NCBI GenBank assembly: GCA_951406725.2 | Contig: OX597829.1 | Coordinates: 42,160,001 to 42,224,000 of the forward strand | Length of the DNA: 64,000 bases | Origin: Octopus vulgaris | Lineage: Eukaryota | Direction of reading: 5' to 3' | In this document: piece by piece, positions 26,692 to 44,762 of the stretch | Position numbering within the stretch: the first letter of the stretch is position 1 | Layout of the letters: the number at the start of each line of letters is the position of its first letter | Made by a program: the position numbers and the translations under genes | Notes under the pieces: generated by a model | Seen by the model: the letters and a program-made list of their open reading frames with translations, nothing else | Databases searched by the model: none | What the model was told of the DNA's origin: nothing

Positions 26692-26730
26692 TGTGTGTGT
26701 GAATGTGTGTGTGTGTGTGTGTGTGTGTTT
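26225..26730. repeat. Long interrupted (TG)n microsatellite
   Basis: Direct reading. Confidence 0.95.
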
Positions 26731-27226
26731 GTACATGATTTCGCGTGTTTCAGACATTAGATTGCCGACAAGCTAGAATAACGCCATGAAATGTTTTATC
26801 GGTGGAAAAAAAAGGAAAAAAAGTCGAGCCTAGTATTTTATTTCGTTTTTCCTAAGCTTGGTACTTCTTCAATGAACCTGCTTCAGTCGAACCCGTTAAG
26901 TGACGGAAACATAAATAAACCGACGCCGATTATCAAGTGGCGATGACACACACACTTACACACACACACACGCACAGACACACGCATACATATACATTAT
27001 GTATATATACACATATATATGTGTTATATATATATATATACATATACATAGATCTAATATATATATATATATACACATATATATATGTGTGTGTGTGTGT
27101 TATATATATCTATATATAATATATATATATATCTATATATATACATATATATATATGTATATATATACATATATATATATATATACATACATATATACAT
27201 ATATATATATATACACACATACATAG

Positions 27227-27268
<42 letters not shown>

Positions 27269-27351
27269 CTATGCATGCATAAATACATAGATATATGTTT
27301 GGATGCTTGATATTTATATGTATACATATACAGTATATATATCTATATCTG

Positions 27352-27394
<43 letters not shown>

Positions 27395-27564
27395 AAGTAT
27401 GTGTGTATGTGTATACATTTACATATGTATATATATATATACACATATACAATACACACATACACACACATATATAAATATAAATGAATATATAAATATA
27501 TAAATGAAAATATATATAACGGGGTGTGTCCGTATCTATAAGCATGAATTTCTCTATGACTGCT

Positions 27565-27596
<32 letters not shown>

Positions 27597-28001
27597 CATA
27601 CATACATAGGTATACGCACACACATATTCAGATTGATAGATGATATATTCTAGAATGGTTTCGTAAAAGAAAGAAAAGGAAAAGAAAATCAAGGGAAGAA
27701 GAACTCGGTAGGCAAGGCAGAGAGTACAGTTTTCTTCATTTGCTTCTGAAAATTTTGAAAACCGAATCAAAATCCGAATGTTTCAGGCATGGAACTTACA
27801 GACTTATGATAAGGGACCAACCATACAATTAAAAGAATATAAGTTTCTTCTAAAACTTTCCCAAATCATTAAGTGAATATAGAGATAATTACTAAAGACA
27901 CACTCACAAAAACATACCCTACAGATTTACACATACGCGCACACAAAATTACACACACACATTTTATATTCATCTACCTTTCAATATACATTTATGCGTA
28001 C

Positions 28002-28067
<66 letters not shown>

Positions 28068-28118
28068 GTATATATGTATATATATATATATGTATATATA
28101 TATGTATATATATGTATA

Positions 28119-28204
<86 letters not shown>

Positions 28205-28611
28205 TATATACATATAATATATATATACATATGCATATATGTATATATACATATGTATATATACATGTGTGTGTGTACTTGTGTTTGTGTGTCCGTGTTT
28301 TTCTGTATTTGTGTATATGTGTGTGTGTTTTTTTTGTGTGCGTGTGTGCGTAAATACACATCTATATGTGTAATAAAAGTGAAATTCTGGATACGCACGT
28401 AAATACATACACACAGAAACACGCACGCACACGCACATTTTATACATACCCACACACACACACGCAAACACAGACACATACGTACATCCAAACACACACA
28501 CACACACACCCATATATGTATATGCAAATTATATGTAAGTAATTGTGTAGACTTACGTTTCCAATTATGCTACGGTGTATTTTTATGTATATATATGCAC
28601 TGTAGGGTACA

Positions 28612-28646
<35 letters not shown>

Positions 28647-28707
28647 TGTATGTATGTATGTATGTATGTATGTATGTATGTATGTATGTATATATATATA
28701 CATACAT

Positions 28708-28754
<47 letters not shown>

Positions 28755-29765
28755 AGTATGTGTGTGTGTCTATAAGTATGCATTTTTATACGTGTGGAAT
28801 ATATATGCGCATACATTTTTCTATATACGCAATATATTATAAATCATATATTATATACATACATGCATATATATATATATATATATATATACATATGTAT
28901 ACAACATTTGACGAGAGATAAATATGTATTGTGATCTTTAAATGAATAATACATACATATATACATATATAAATATATACATACACACTCACATATACAC
29001 ACACGAGCGCGCGCACACACACACACACACACACACATATGTAAAAACATCTATATGCATGTCTATATCTAACTCTATTTAACTATCTGTCTGTCTGTCT
29101 ATATATTTATGTATCTATCTCAATATAAACATGTGTTTGTGTGTGTGCGTGTTTGCTTGTACGTGTGTGTCTGTAATTTTGAGTGTGTTTATGTGTGTGT
29201 GTGAGTATGTGTGTGTGTGTGTGAGTATGTGTGCATGCGTGTGTGTGTTTGTGCTTGCCTACGTGTGTGTGAGTGTGTGTGTGTACATAAAGTACAGGTG
29301 GAAGACAGGATGCCTAGCAGCATCTGTACGGGGGCCTTTCATTCCCATTCTGCGTTCAGTTCAAGTCCTGACTTCTCGTGGTTTTATTGATAACGCATTT
29401 ACCCATTTATAATAATCACCCATCGCCTGGTAACTCGAACGACACCGGCGGAGTCGGCAGTGCTGCAAGTATTAGAACTAGCTTTCCAGTTTCGGATGAA
29501 TTATCATAATCGGTCATAGATGACCGGGTGACCTGTTAAGTTATAAACTGTTATAAGCAAAAATTTACATTCTGACTTAGGGTATATATATATAGTTCAA
29601 TTTGAAGACTCCACTAGAATAGACGAAACCGCTATATATGATATATGATATATGTTGTATAAAACATGTAATATACAAATAAATATCTGTAAATGGAAAA
29701 CCATCCGGATCTCTGAGTACCTCATTTCTTCAAATATATAATACCTGTACATCATCTCCAAACGT

Positions 29766-29808
<43 letters not shown>

Positions 29809-29889
29809 AGCGGACAAACTAAAGAAGGCCACTCAACGCACACACGCGTACATATATGTATGTACATATATATATATGTACATACATAT

Positions 29890-29920
<31 letters not shown>

Positions 29921-29970
29921 AACATACATATGTTTATATATATATATATACACACGCACACACATACACG

Positions 29971-30002
<32 letters not shown>

Positions 30003-30232
30003 CACACACACACACATACACACACACACATATATATATATGTGTGTGTATGTAGTATGTATGTATATAATAAAATTTCTTTGTTTATTGTATAGGCAGT
30101 AGTCTGAAATGCTCAGATAAAAGACCCGATATATATATATATCAAGCATAGACACACACACACAAGTATATATGTGTACACATGTATACATCTATGTTTG
30201 TATCTATAAATTTACATGTGTGTATCTAATAT

Positions 30233-30297
<65 letters not shown>

Positions 30298-31079
30298 TAG
30301 ATAGATATATATATTAAATTAGAGATAAAACCGTAAAAAACATAATATATACACAAATTCACACACAGCTATGTACATACATATATAGATGAGGTGTTAA
30401 AGAAAAAGCCTGTAGGTAGGATACGTGTTAGAATCTACACGCACGAAGTCACACAAAGCCAACAAAATAAAATTGCATATGGACGTAAGTAAAAAAGAAA
30501 ATAGCTGTGTATGTATGTGTGTGTGTGCGAGTATATATATATATATGTATGAACGTTTGTATGTATATATGTATGTATGCTTGCATTTATATGTATGTGT
30601 ATGTGTCTATGTATGTATGTATGTATGTATGTATGTATGTATGCATGTATGCATGTATGTATGTATGTATGTATGTATGTATGTATACATGTTTGTGTGT
30701 GTATTTATGTAAGGTGTGTGACTATGTATGTATGTATATATGCAAATATGTATGTATTTGTGTGTGTAAATGCATCTATGAACGAACGTATGTATGCATG
30801 CATATACATATGCATGTATGTATATATGCATGCATTTATATGTGTATGTATGTATGTAAATGTCTGTATGTGTCTAGATATGTGTGTATGTATCTCTGTA
30901 TATGTATTTATATATTTATGTATATGTGCGTGTACGTATGTATACAAGTGAGTGTGAGTGTGTGTGCGTATGTATGAATGCATGCATGTATGTATATATG
31001 TATGTATGTATGTATGTGCGTATATGTATATATGCACAAATGCACACATACGCGCACACACACCCACAGCAACACTCAC

Positions 31080-31132
<53 letters not shown>

Positions 31133-31260
31133 GGCGTAGGAGTGGCTGTGTGGTAAGTAGCTTGGGCAAGTGTCTTCTACTATAGCCACGGGCCGACGAA
31201 AGCCTTGTGAGTGGATCTCGTGGACGGTAACTGAAAGAAGCCTGTCGTATATATATATGT

Positions 31261-31354
<94 letters not shown>

Positions 31355-32023
31355 GTGTGCGTGTGTGTGCGTGTGTTGTGTGTATGTGTTTGTCCCCCCA
31401 ACATCACTTGACAACACTGATACTGATATATATATATATATATATGTGTGTATATATATATATACATACACACACAGATACACATATATGTATGCATGTG
31501 TGCATGTTGGTATGTATCTGTATATATATATATATATCACATAATATAACATATATGTATATGTATATGTAGTCGTTTAAATACATATATTCTTTTATTC
31601 TTTTACATGTTTCAGTCATTTGACAATGGCCACGCTGGAGCACTGTCTTTAGTCGGGCAAATCGATACAGGGACTTATTCTTTGTAAACCTAGTACTTAT
31701 CTTATCGATATCTTTTGCCGAATCACTAGATTTCGGAGACGTAAACACACCAGCATCGGTTGTCAAGCGATGGTTGTTGTTGTTGTTGGGGGGGGGGACA
31801 AACACAGACACACATATACATACTAACACATTCACATACGCATATATATATTTATATGTATATATACGACAGGCTTCTTTCAGTTTCCATCTACCATTCA
31901 CAGGGCTTTGGTCAACTTGAGGCTATAGTTGAAGACACTTGATGAAGGTGCCACGCAGTGGCTCTGCACCCGGATCTACAGCCACTCCTGCGTCTATAAC
32001 GTATATATATATATATATATATC

Positions 32024-32098
<75 letters not shown>

Positions 32099-32179
32099 CC
32101 ACATCGCCATGTTGATTCGTTAGCTACTGCACGCATTTTTTTTCTCTCCTTCTTTCTGTGTTTTTTTTCTCTCTGTGTA

Positions 32180-32217
32180 TCTTTCTGTTGAAGAGCGTAG
32201 GCTCGAAACGTTAAAGA
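32180..32217 (+). ncRNA. Hammerhead-shaped motif with CTGTTGA core
   Basis: tcttt-CTGTTGA-a-gagc-gtag-gctc-GAAA-cg-TT-aaaga. Perfect 5-bp stem I and 4-bp stem II. Same family as 44554-44589. Confidence 0.6.
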
Positions 32218-32427
32218 CTTGTTTTATTTATATTTACTGAGCGCCATACTAATACAATTGTTCGTTTGTTTTCCACCTGCCTTCGTCTTTTGTCTATTTT
32301 CATAAAGCTTCCCGTTATATATATATATATATATATATACGCACACACATGTATATATTTATGCATATGTATATATACATATTTATGTATATATATGCAT
32401 GTTTGTATGTATATATATATGTCTGTA

Positions 32428-32493
<66 letters not shown>

Positions 32494-32677
32494 TATACAT
32501 ACATATATATATATACATATACATATATATTATATATATATATATTATATACATATATTTATCGTTACTTCATATTTTGTGATCCCTATTGTACATTTTC
32601 GCTTATATTTCATCTTAGTTTCCCCTTATATTTCTACGTGTAATTAACTATTTTCTTTCTGTAACATATTTCTATCA

Positions 32678-32722
<45 letters not shown>

Positions 32723-32943
32723 CCAAAAACTGAATAAGAACGTAACGGACGACATTAAAAAGATACGTTCAGATAGACCTGGAAGGATCATTCGTGGCCT
32801 TCTATTCTACTCATCAGTCAAGCTTCCAACTATCACTTCAGAGTAAGCACATAAATATGATATAACGTGGGGAAAAAAAATAGTACTCCAATTCCGGAGA
32901 TAGAGTAATTAATAAGCTTTAGAATTTTAAACGAAAACTAGCC

Positions 32944-32989
32944 AAAACTGTCCGACGAACAGGAACGTGAAATTTACAGTAACAGTTTT
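32944..32989 (+). ncRNA. Type-I hammerhead motif (CCGACGA core)
   Basis: aaaactgt-CCGACGA-ac-aggaac-gt-GAAA-tttacag-TA-acagtttt. Perfect 8-bp stem I. Confidence 0.7.
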
Positions 32990-32999
32990 TGTGACGTTT

Positions 33000-33078
<79 letters not shown>

Positions 33079-33090
33079 GGTACATATCTG

Positions 33091-33226
<136 letters not shown>

Positions 33227-33530
33227 GGTACATATCTCTCTCTCTCTATATATATATACATAAATACGTGTGTGTGTGTGTGTGTGTGTCTTTCTTTGTT
33301 TGTACGCCACCAGCGCTTGGCAGCTTGTGTTGGTTTTGCATATTTTCACAATAACTTAGCGTTTCGGCAAAGAGGAAAGAAAACTGACTGAATAAGAACC
33401 AGGTTTTAGAAAATAAAAACAGTAAAAATTCGTAAAGGCGGCGGTTCAGCCTTTAAATTGCAAACTATTGAATGCCACAAGTAATAGAAATATATGTGTG
33501 TGTGTGTTTGTGAGTTAGTATATATGCACA

Positions 33531-33584
<54 letters not shown>

Positions 33585-33641
33585 TCTGTGCGTGTGTATG
33601 TGGATGTGCAGGTATATATGTATCTATGTATGTATGTATGC

Positions 33642-33672
<31 letters not shown>

Positions 33673-33704
33673 TGTATGTATGCATATGTATGTATGTATG
33701 TATG

Positions 33705-33736
<32 letters not shown>

Positions 33737-33877
33737 TATGTATGTATTTATGTATGTATGTATGCATGTTTGTATGCCTATATGTAAAGATGTATATAGA
33801 TATAAGATTCTCGGGATCCGAACCGCAACCCTCTACAGTTTGTTTATATATACTCATTTACATAAGCATGTTATATA

Positions 33878-34015
<138 letters not shown>

Positions 34016-34215
34016 CGTGCGTGCGTGCGTGTGTTTGACTGTGTGTGAATGTGTCTATGTGTGTGCGTGCGTGTGTGTGTGTTATTGTGCGTGGAGATGT
34101 GTACATGTGTGTATATATGTATGTATGCATATACGGATATATATGCCTATGTTTACAGATGTATATGTGCATCTGCGTAAGAATATATATATACATATAG
34201 ATAAATAGGTAGATC

Positions 34216-34265
<50 letters not shown>

Positions 34266-34273
34266 TAGATAGT

Positions 34274-34322
<49 letters not shown>

Positions 34323-34345
34323 GTGCATATATATATATACGCATA

Positions 34346-34386
<41 letters not shown>

Positions 34387-34409
34387 ATATGTATATATAT
34401 ATATATGTG

Positions 34410-34467
<58 letters not shown>

Positions 34468-34816
34468 GTATATTTATTATATATAATCGTGAGACGTGTT
34501 TATTTACACGAGCAGTTGTATAAATACATAAACACAATCTTATCTCTGTGTGTGTGTGCATGCTTCTACGTCTGAGCGGGAGCCCGACAAAGTATATATC
34601 TTAACAGTTTAGGTTTCACCGATTATATTGTATTTTGCAATAGAATATTAATTTGAATATACATATAAAACGAGTTTTATTAACACTCTCTGTAAATTTG
34701 TGGAGGGATATTGGATATCCACCAACATATATTGTATATATGCACACAACACAAGTACAGACGCATATATCCATACGTATGTGTTTGTGTGTGCGTGTGA
34801 ATATACATACATGCAT

Positions 34817-35317
<501 letters not shown>

Positions 35318-35321
35318 ATAT

Positions 35322-35355
<34 letters not shown>

Positions 35356-35708
35356 TCATATTAACTATTTAGTTATCTGTGGGTCTCTACGTATTTGTGT
35401 GTGCGTATGAGATCTGTGCATATATGTCTTGTGCCTTGATATTTAGTGTTGTTTGTTAAATGGTAGGGTAACACCTAAAGATTTATGTTATGTGATTCAA
35501 AATATTTTGGGTAACAGAAGCGCATCACAGACCCTTCGGGTGGTGAGGTGTACCCGTAATTATAAACATCTTGTTTTGTTGTTTTATTGCACATTTGTGA
35601 AAGCAGTTCGAAATGGGAATTTCTCTGAAGCGACATGTATACCAACATTACACATCTACATGTGTGCATATGTATATATGTATGTATGTATGGTTGTATG
35701 TATGCATG

Positions 35709-35765
<57 letters not shown>

Positions 35766-35888
35766 GTATGTATTATGTATGTATGTATGTATGTATATAT
35801 CCATATCTATCTATCTATCTATCTATCTATATATATATATGTATATATATATCTATATATATATCTATCTATATATATATATACATAG

Positions 35889-35889
<1 letters not shown>

Positions 35890-35921
<32 letters not shown>

Positions 35922-36349
35922 TGTATGTATGTATGTATGTATGAATGTATGTATGTATGTATGTATGTATGTATGTATGTATGTATGAATGTATGTATGT
36001 ATGTATGTATGAATGTAATGTATGTATGTATGTATGTATGTATGTATGAATGTAATGTATGTATGTATGTATGTATGTATGAATGTATGTGTATATGTAT
36101 GTATGTATGTATGAATGTATGTATGTATATATGTATGTATGTATGTATGTATGAATGTATGTATGTATGTATGCATGTATGTATGTATGTATGTATGTAT
36201 GTATGTATGTATGTGTGTATGTATGTATGTATGTATGTATATATGTATGTATGTATGTATGTATGAATGTATGTATGTATGTATGTATGTATGTATGTAT
36301 GTATGTATGTATGTATGTATTTATGTATGTATGTATGTATGTATGTATG

Positions 36350-36383
<34 letters not shown>

Positions 36384-36773
36384 TGTATGTATGTATGCAT
36401 GTATGTATGTATGTATGTATGTATGTATTTATGTATGTATGTATGAATGTATGTATGTATATATGTATGTATGTATGTATGTATGAATGTATGTATGTAT
36501 GTATGCATGTATGTATGTATGTATGTATGTATGTATGTGTGTATGTATGTATGTATGTATGTATGTATATATGTATGTATGTATGTATGTATGAATGTAT
36601 GTATGTATGTATGCATGTATGTATGTATGCATGTATGTATGTATGTATGTATGTATGTATGTATGTATGTATGTATTTATGTATGTATGTATGTATGTAT
36701 GTATGTATGTATGTATGTATGTATGTTTGTATGTATGTATGTATGTATGTATGTATGTATGTATGTATGTATG

Positions 36774-36807
<34 letters not shown>

Positions 36808-36825
36808 TGTATGTATATATATGTA
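35890..36825. repeat. ~930-bp (TATG)n microsatellite
   Basis: Direct reading; source of the MYVC/HTYI ORFs. Confidence 0.95.
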
Positions 36826-36879
36826 TAAATGAATGGCGCTCCGTATTGCGAGACTAGAGTTACAGTTGATGCGATCAAC

Positions 36880-37150
36880 GTAACGGCCTGCTCGTGAAAT
36901 TTACGTATTTACGTGCATGTGACTGAGCACTCCAACAGACACGTGTACCCTTAACGTAGTTCTCAGTGATGAGACACAGGATGTGACAATGCTTACCCTT
37001 TTAATTACAGGTACTACTCATTTTTGCCCAGCTGAGTGGACTGCAGCAATGTGAAATAAAGCATCTTGGTCAAGGACACAACGCGCCGCTGTGGAATTGA
37101 ACTCACAACCTTGCGATCGTGAGCTGAATACCCTAGCCACAAATCCACGC
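36880..37150 (-). mobile_element. Family-C-related SINE with a different 3' part
   Basis: Minus: gcgtggatttgtggctagggtattcagctcacgatcgcaaggttgtgagttcaattcc..gttgtgtccttgaccaagatgctttatttcacattgctgcagtccactcagctg. Confidence 0.7.
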
Positions 37151-37180
37151 ACCTTCACTACATATATATATGTGTGTGTG

Positions 37181-37291
<111 letters not shown>

Positions 37292-37444
37292 ATATATACG
37301 TATAAAAGATTAAGTGGAAAGTGAAAGTAGGAAGCACTCAACACTTATGTATTAGTTACATTTATTGCTACTGAAAACGGTCTGATTCGTAAGTTTCTGT
37401 AAGAAGCGTGTGAATGTTGAATGAGTCCAAATCAAACCATTTTT

Positions 37445-37702
<258 letters not shown>

Positions 37703-37705
37703 ATT

Positions 37706-37886
37706 AGGCGCAGGAGTGGCTGTGTGGTAAGTAGCTTGTTTACCAACCACATGGTTCGGGGGTTCAGTCCCACTGCGTGGCACCTTGGGCAAGTGTCTTC
37801 TACTATAGCCTCAGGCCGACCAAAGCCTTGTGAGTGGATTTGGTAGACGGAAACTGAAAGAAGCTCGTCGTATATATGTGTATATA

Positions 37887-37928
<42 letters not shown>

Positions 37929-38136
37929 TGTGTCTGTGTTTGTCCCCCTAGCATTGCTTGACAACCGATGCTGGTGTGTTTATGTCCCCGTCACTTAGCG
38001 GTTCGGCAAAAGAGACCGATAGAATAAGTACTGGGCTTACAAAGAATAAGTCCCGGGATCGATTTGCTCGACTAAAGGCGGTGCTCCAGCATGGCCGCAG
38101 TCAAATGACTGAAACAAGTAAAAGAGTAAAAGAGTA
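37706..38136 (+). mobile_element. SINE family A, full length, inserted in (AAT)n
   Basis: Complete consensus with aat repeats on both sides. Confidence 0.9.
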
Positions 38137-38249
38137 ATAATAATAATAATAATGATAATAATAATAATAATAATATGTGTATGTATATATACATACACTC
38201 ACAATCACACAGACACACACACACATATATATAATATGTGTGTGTTACT

Positions 38250-38468
38250 AGCAGAAACGTTAGCGCGCCGAGCGAAATGCTTAGCAGTATTTCGTCTGTC
38301 GTTACGTTCCGAGTTCAAATTCCGCCGAGGTCGACTTTGTCTTTCATCCTTTCGGGGTCGATAAATTAAGTACCAGTTACCCACTGGGGTCGATGTAATC
38401 GACTTAATCCCTTTGTCTGTCCTTGTTTGTCCCCTCTATGTTTAGCCCCTTGTGGGTAGTAAAGAAAT
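38250..38468 (+). mobile_element. SINE family B, single unit
   Basis: gcagaaacgttagc..gagttcaaattccgccgaggtcgac..tttagccccttgtgggtagtaaagaaat. Confidence 0.85.
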
Positions 38469-38754
38469 ATATATAATATATATACATAGACATATTTGTG
38501 TGTGTGTCCTTGTTTGTATGCAATATATATTTATGCATCATCGTATGTATTTCTAAACTTACGCATTCATAAAGGAAAAGTATTCTGGATGTAATAAATA
38601 TACTTTTTGATTCAAGATAGAACTCAACATTGTCGTAACACAAATATATACATATATATATATATCTATGTGTGTGTATGTGAGTGTGTGTGTGTATGTG
38701 AGTCTGAGTCTCTGTGTGTGTGTGTGAGTGTGTGCGTGCGCGTGTGTATGTGTA

Positions 38755-38797
<43 letters not shown>

Positions 38798-39004
38798 CAT
38801 TATTATTTTTTGATTGTTCGATTCTTCAGCTTCTAATATTTGATTTGACTATCTATCTACCTATACACACTCACACACTGATGTGTATATGCATACATAC
38901 ATATATATTTATATATATATGTATATGTATATATATACATGCATATGAATATATATATATACATATAATATCTATATATATATATATATACATATATATA
39001 TGTA

Positions 39005-39070
<66 letters not shown>

Positions 39071-39336
39071 GTATATTGCTTGACAAGTACTTTTTGACCC
39101 TTGCGTATATATGTACATATCTAATATTGTATGTATATATTTCATTAATTTGCCTGTACGGCAAATTCGCTTACCACTCGTGATGATATTTTAATGATAT
39201 CATCCCTATATTTATCTATAAATATTTATATATATATATATATATACATGTATATATATATACTTATATATTCCGAGTAGAGCAACGTTCATTACATGTG
39301 TATATGTAATCTGCATGTATTCACACATACGCATAC

Positions 39337-39374
<38 letters not shown>

Positions 39375-39773
39375 ATTGTTTCTACTATACGCACAAAGTC
39401 AGAAATAGTGGGATGGGTCTACCCTCATTACATCGACGTCTCTGCTTGACTGGTACTAATTTCATCAGCCGCACAAAGAGAAAAAGGTGAAGGCGATCAC
39501 GGCAGGATTTGAAATTAGGACGCAAGAACGGACGGAAAGTCGCTAAACTTTATAAGTGCTGCGCTAACGACTCTGCAAGAATAACCTAATGACTACACGC
39601 ACTCACACACTCACACACACACACAGAAATGCATGTGTGTATATAATATAGATACATGTATACGTATACATATATATATGTATATGTATTTATATACATA
39701 TTCATTTACACACACACATATATGTATGTAAATATATATATACATATATACATATATATATATGTATATAAAT

Positions 39774-39824
<51 letters not shown>

Positions 39825-39892
39825 CATATATATATACATATAAATATGTGTTTGTGTACAACTGCATGTATATATATATATGTATGTATAAC

Positions 39893-39930
<38 letters not shown>

Positions 39931-40147
39931 TGCATATATATATTATATATGGATATAAATACATGCATGCATACATGCATAAATATAAATATATATATAC
40001 ATGCATATATACATACATGCATATATGCATGTATGTATATATGCATATATGTATGTATACATACATATATGCATGTATACAACGTTACATAGAATTTGGT
40101 ATGCAAATACCATTTTCCCACCTGATTTGTACCAAAAACTGTATACA

Positions 40148-40197
<50 letters not shown>

Positions 40198-40428
40198 GTG
40201 TGTGTATGCATGCGTGTGTTTGTGTATATGTGTGAACACACAAATATCTCAGTATATATAAATGCACAAATATAAATGTACTTAAAAACTATATATATAT
40301 ATATATATATATACGCATACACGCAAAAACACGTATATATACATATCTTACAACCGTGCACATGTATGTTTCCATGTATGCATAAACATGTATATGTATA
40401 CATGTATGTGCGTGTTTGCGTCTATGCG

Positions 40429-40516
<88 letters not shown>

Positions 40517-40834
40517 ATACCATATACACATATATAAACATATATACATACGTACATACACACCCACATATAGAAACACTACATGCACACACACGGAAGC
40601 CCAGTCGCACAGAAATTTCCGCATAAATACGATTATGTGCGTGTGTGTAAATAAATATAAGCCTGAGTCGATGCAAGTGCGCATATAAAACACTGAATTT
40701 ATACGCACATACATACATATATAGATACGTACATACGTACATACATACATAATACATACATGCATACATACATATACATATATGTTTGTATACACATATG
40801 CACACATACAAATATGCATATATAGGTGCATGTA

Positions 40835-40869
<35 letters not shown>

Positions 40870-40945
40870 CTGTACACTTCGAATAATATGTATATATAAA
40901 TATACATATATACATACATACATACATAATATATACATGTATATA

Positions 40946-41016
<71 letters not shown>

Positions 41017-41071
41017 TGTGTATATATGTATGTTTGCATTTGTATCGAGGCATCTATCTATCTCTCTATCT

Positions 41072-41251
<180 letters not shown>

Positions 41252-41668
41252 GCTTTGCATAGTTTATGTGAGTAATCTATAGCGGAATTCAGTTTTTTAA
41301 TGTATACACCATTAGACGTTAGATAATTTCCGAAGGCGCCACATTCAGCTATAAATTTGCTTAATATTCTTCTTTTGTTTTAGCAATATAAAATTTTTGA
41401 AGTTTACCGCTCTGTCTGCAAGTTAGAAGAGGTAATGAATCAGTGAAGTCCTGTCTGTAGCCTAATATATATATCGTAGAGAAATCGCTTCGTTCTAAAT
41501 GGGTTTGGCAGAAAAAAGGGTGAGAGACAGATACATTTAGATTATGTATATACCCTTGGCATATAGACTTATACATACATACATACATACATGGATACAC
41601 ACACATACATATCCCTACATATATAAGCACTTACAGAAATTCATATTTACAGATACAGATACACACCC

Positions 41669-41735
<67 letters not shown>

Positions 41736-41740
41736 CATAC

Positions 41741-41771
<31 letters not shown>

Positions 41772-41831
41772 CATATATATATACATATATATATATAATA
41801 TATATATGTATATATATATATACGTATATAC

Positions 41832-41909
<78 letters not shown>

Positions 41910-41930
41910 ACATACATATATATATATATG

Positions 41931-41975
<45 letters not shown>

Positions 41976-42396
41976 CATGTTTCTGTACACACACTCACTC
42001 CACGCATGCACACAGTCAAATAAACACCCATGTTCATAACTATATTCATTTCGATGCATAATCTATTTAAGAGAGTGCGTGCGCATGTATACACGCGCAT
42101 ATTTATACGACACAGCTATATTCCTTCATATATGAGAACACACACACATACACACATGCGCGCGCACGCACTCATATACGCATATATACATATATATATA
42201 TTCACATACATATATATATATATATATACATATATATACATACAATTTTAAAATAGGATAACATATAAGAAATTATCAAGTAGCGTGAAAAACCTCATAA
42301 GGAAAAAATTTATTAATTATTCCCTTTTAATATATTTATATAAAAAAATACATATATACAAATATATATACACATATATATATAAATACACGCACG

Positions 42397-42441
<45 letters not shown>

Positions 42442-42522
42442 CTGATATATATACATATATCTACATATATGATGCATATATAAATATACATATATGTATT
42501 TGATATTCATATACATATATAT

Positions 42523-42728
42523 ACTCTTTACTCCTTTACTTGTTTCAGTCATTTGACTGCGGCCATGCTGGAGCACCACCTTTAGTCGAGCAAATCGACC
42601 CCGGGACTTATTCTTTGTAAGCCCTGTACTTATTCTATCAGTCTCTTTTGCCGAACCGCTAATTGACGGAGACGTAGACACACCAGCATCGGTTGTCAAG
42701 CAATGCTAGGGGGACAAACACAGACACA

Positions 42729-42784
<56 letters not shown>

Positions 42785-42785
42785 T

Positions 42786-42832
<47 letters not shown>

Positions 42833-43004
42833 CATATACATATATACGACAGGCTTCTTCCAGTTTCTGTCTACCAAATCCACTCACAAGGCTTTGGTCG
42901 GCCCGAAGCTATAGTAGAAGACACTTGCCCAAGGTGCCACGCAGTGGGACTGAACCCGGAACCATGTGGTTGGTAAGCAAGCTACTTACCACACAGCCAC
43001 TCCT
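42523..43004 (-). mobile_element. SINE family A, near full length
   Basis: Matches consensus; internal (CA)n(TA)n. Confidence 0.9.
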
Positions 43005-43128
43005 ATTTATATACATATATAAATATTTTAGACAAAATAAAATAACAGCCGAGGTGTGATTATCTATGTATATATCTAATTTATGTCTTTTTCGTGTTCA
43101 CTCACCATATATCTGTAGCTTTTACATA

Positions 43129-43278
<150 letters not shown>

Positions 43279-43578
43279 CGCGCGCATGCACAAACACACA
43301 CTCACACACACATGTACACACACATGTACACACACATTCACATATATGCTTGTTGGTGCATGTGTGCGTTGCTTAGAGCATTGGTATTGCGTACATACTC
43401 TGGTGTTTCTCAATATGCCGAAGAAGTGTTCAGAAGATGTAATATATTATGAAAAAAAATTTGTAAGAATCACGTAACCTCTTGGAATACAAATATCAAT
43501 GTGTCTGTGTGTCTGTGTGTCTGTGTGTCTGTGTGTCAGTGAGTGCGTGTACATATGTACGTATGTTTATATATATAT

Positions 43579-43678
<100 letters not shown>

Positions 43679-43984
43679 GCATATATATATATACATATAC
43701 ATATACATATACATATATATATGTATACATAAATATACATATATATATATATATATACATATATGTATACACAAACACACATATATATATATGTGCGTGT
43801 GTGTATATACATATATGTATATATATATATATACACACACTCACACACGTATGTGTGAGTGTGTGTGTGCACATAATATATATATTCATATATAAATACA
43901 TAAACATACGCACACAGCTAAAATGCTCTAATACTGTTGTCGACGCGCAGGAATGTAAGCACTGACAGGGATTTTAATTATCAG

Positions 43985-44032
43985 CTAACTGATGAGGGAA
44001 CGGAAACTGCCGAAACTGACGTCAGTAGTAAG
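43985..44032 (+). ncRNA. Type-I hammerhead motif with canonical core and 10-nt palindromic stem III
   Basis: CTGATGA-gg..cgg-aaa-ctg-cc-GAAA-ctgacgtcag-TA. Stem I is weak. Confidence 0.6.
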
Positions 44033-44288
44033 AATTCTCGATCGGCATTTTTCGGACGATTAAAGGCCCCTGTTAGTGTATATGTTTACATTTATGTTCG
44101 TTGACTACACAATTAGGGCATTTTAGCTCTTATTTCTAGCAATGGAGGTTTTTCTAACACTCTAGCGACATTTATTGACTGTTATAAATCTCCTTTTTGG
44201 TGAAACATTGCAAACTGCTGTTTACATTAAGTTTATACATTATACATTATATATATTACACATACACACACACATATATATCTATATC

Positions 44289-44322
<34 letters not shown>

Positions 44323-44553
44323 TGTATGTATGTATGTATGTATGTATGTATGTATATAAATATATATATATACATCTATATATACTTATACATACATATA
44401 TGTATATGTATATATATATATACGTATGTATGTATATACAAACATATATGTATATATATATATAGGAAGAGTTTACGAAAAAACAGAAAACGAAGACAGG
44501 TGGTGCACAAAACAAACAGATGTATTAGTATAACGCTCAGGAATAGAAGAAGT

Positions 44554-44589
44554 CTTTTACGTTTCGAACCTACGCTCTTCTACGGAAAG
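44554..44589 (-). ncRNA. Hammerhead-shaped motif with CCGTAGA core
   Basis: Minus: cttt-CCGTAGA-a-gagc-gtag-gttc-GAAA-cg-TA-aaag. The surrounding ~190 bp is homologous to 32130-32315. Confidence 0.6.
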
Positions 44590-44697
44590 GGACACAGCAA
44601 AAACAAGGAGAGAAACAAGGAGAGAAAAAATGTGTATAGTGGCTAATACATACATATATATATATATATATTTGCATATGAAATATTTACAGAGAGA

Positions 44698-44762
<65 letters not shown>

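Noticed and set aside
32765-32825. Minus-strand ctgatga..tgaacgta hammerhead-like remnant, with similar weak cases near 15020-15090 and 29600-29630
   Set aside because: The GAAA or the stems are too decayed to call individually.
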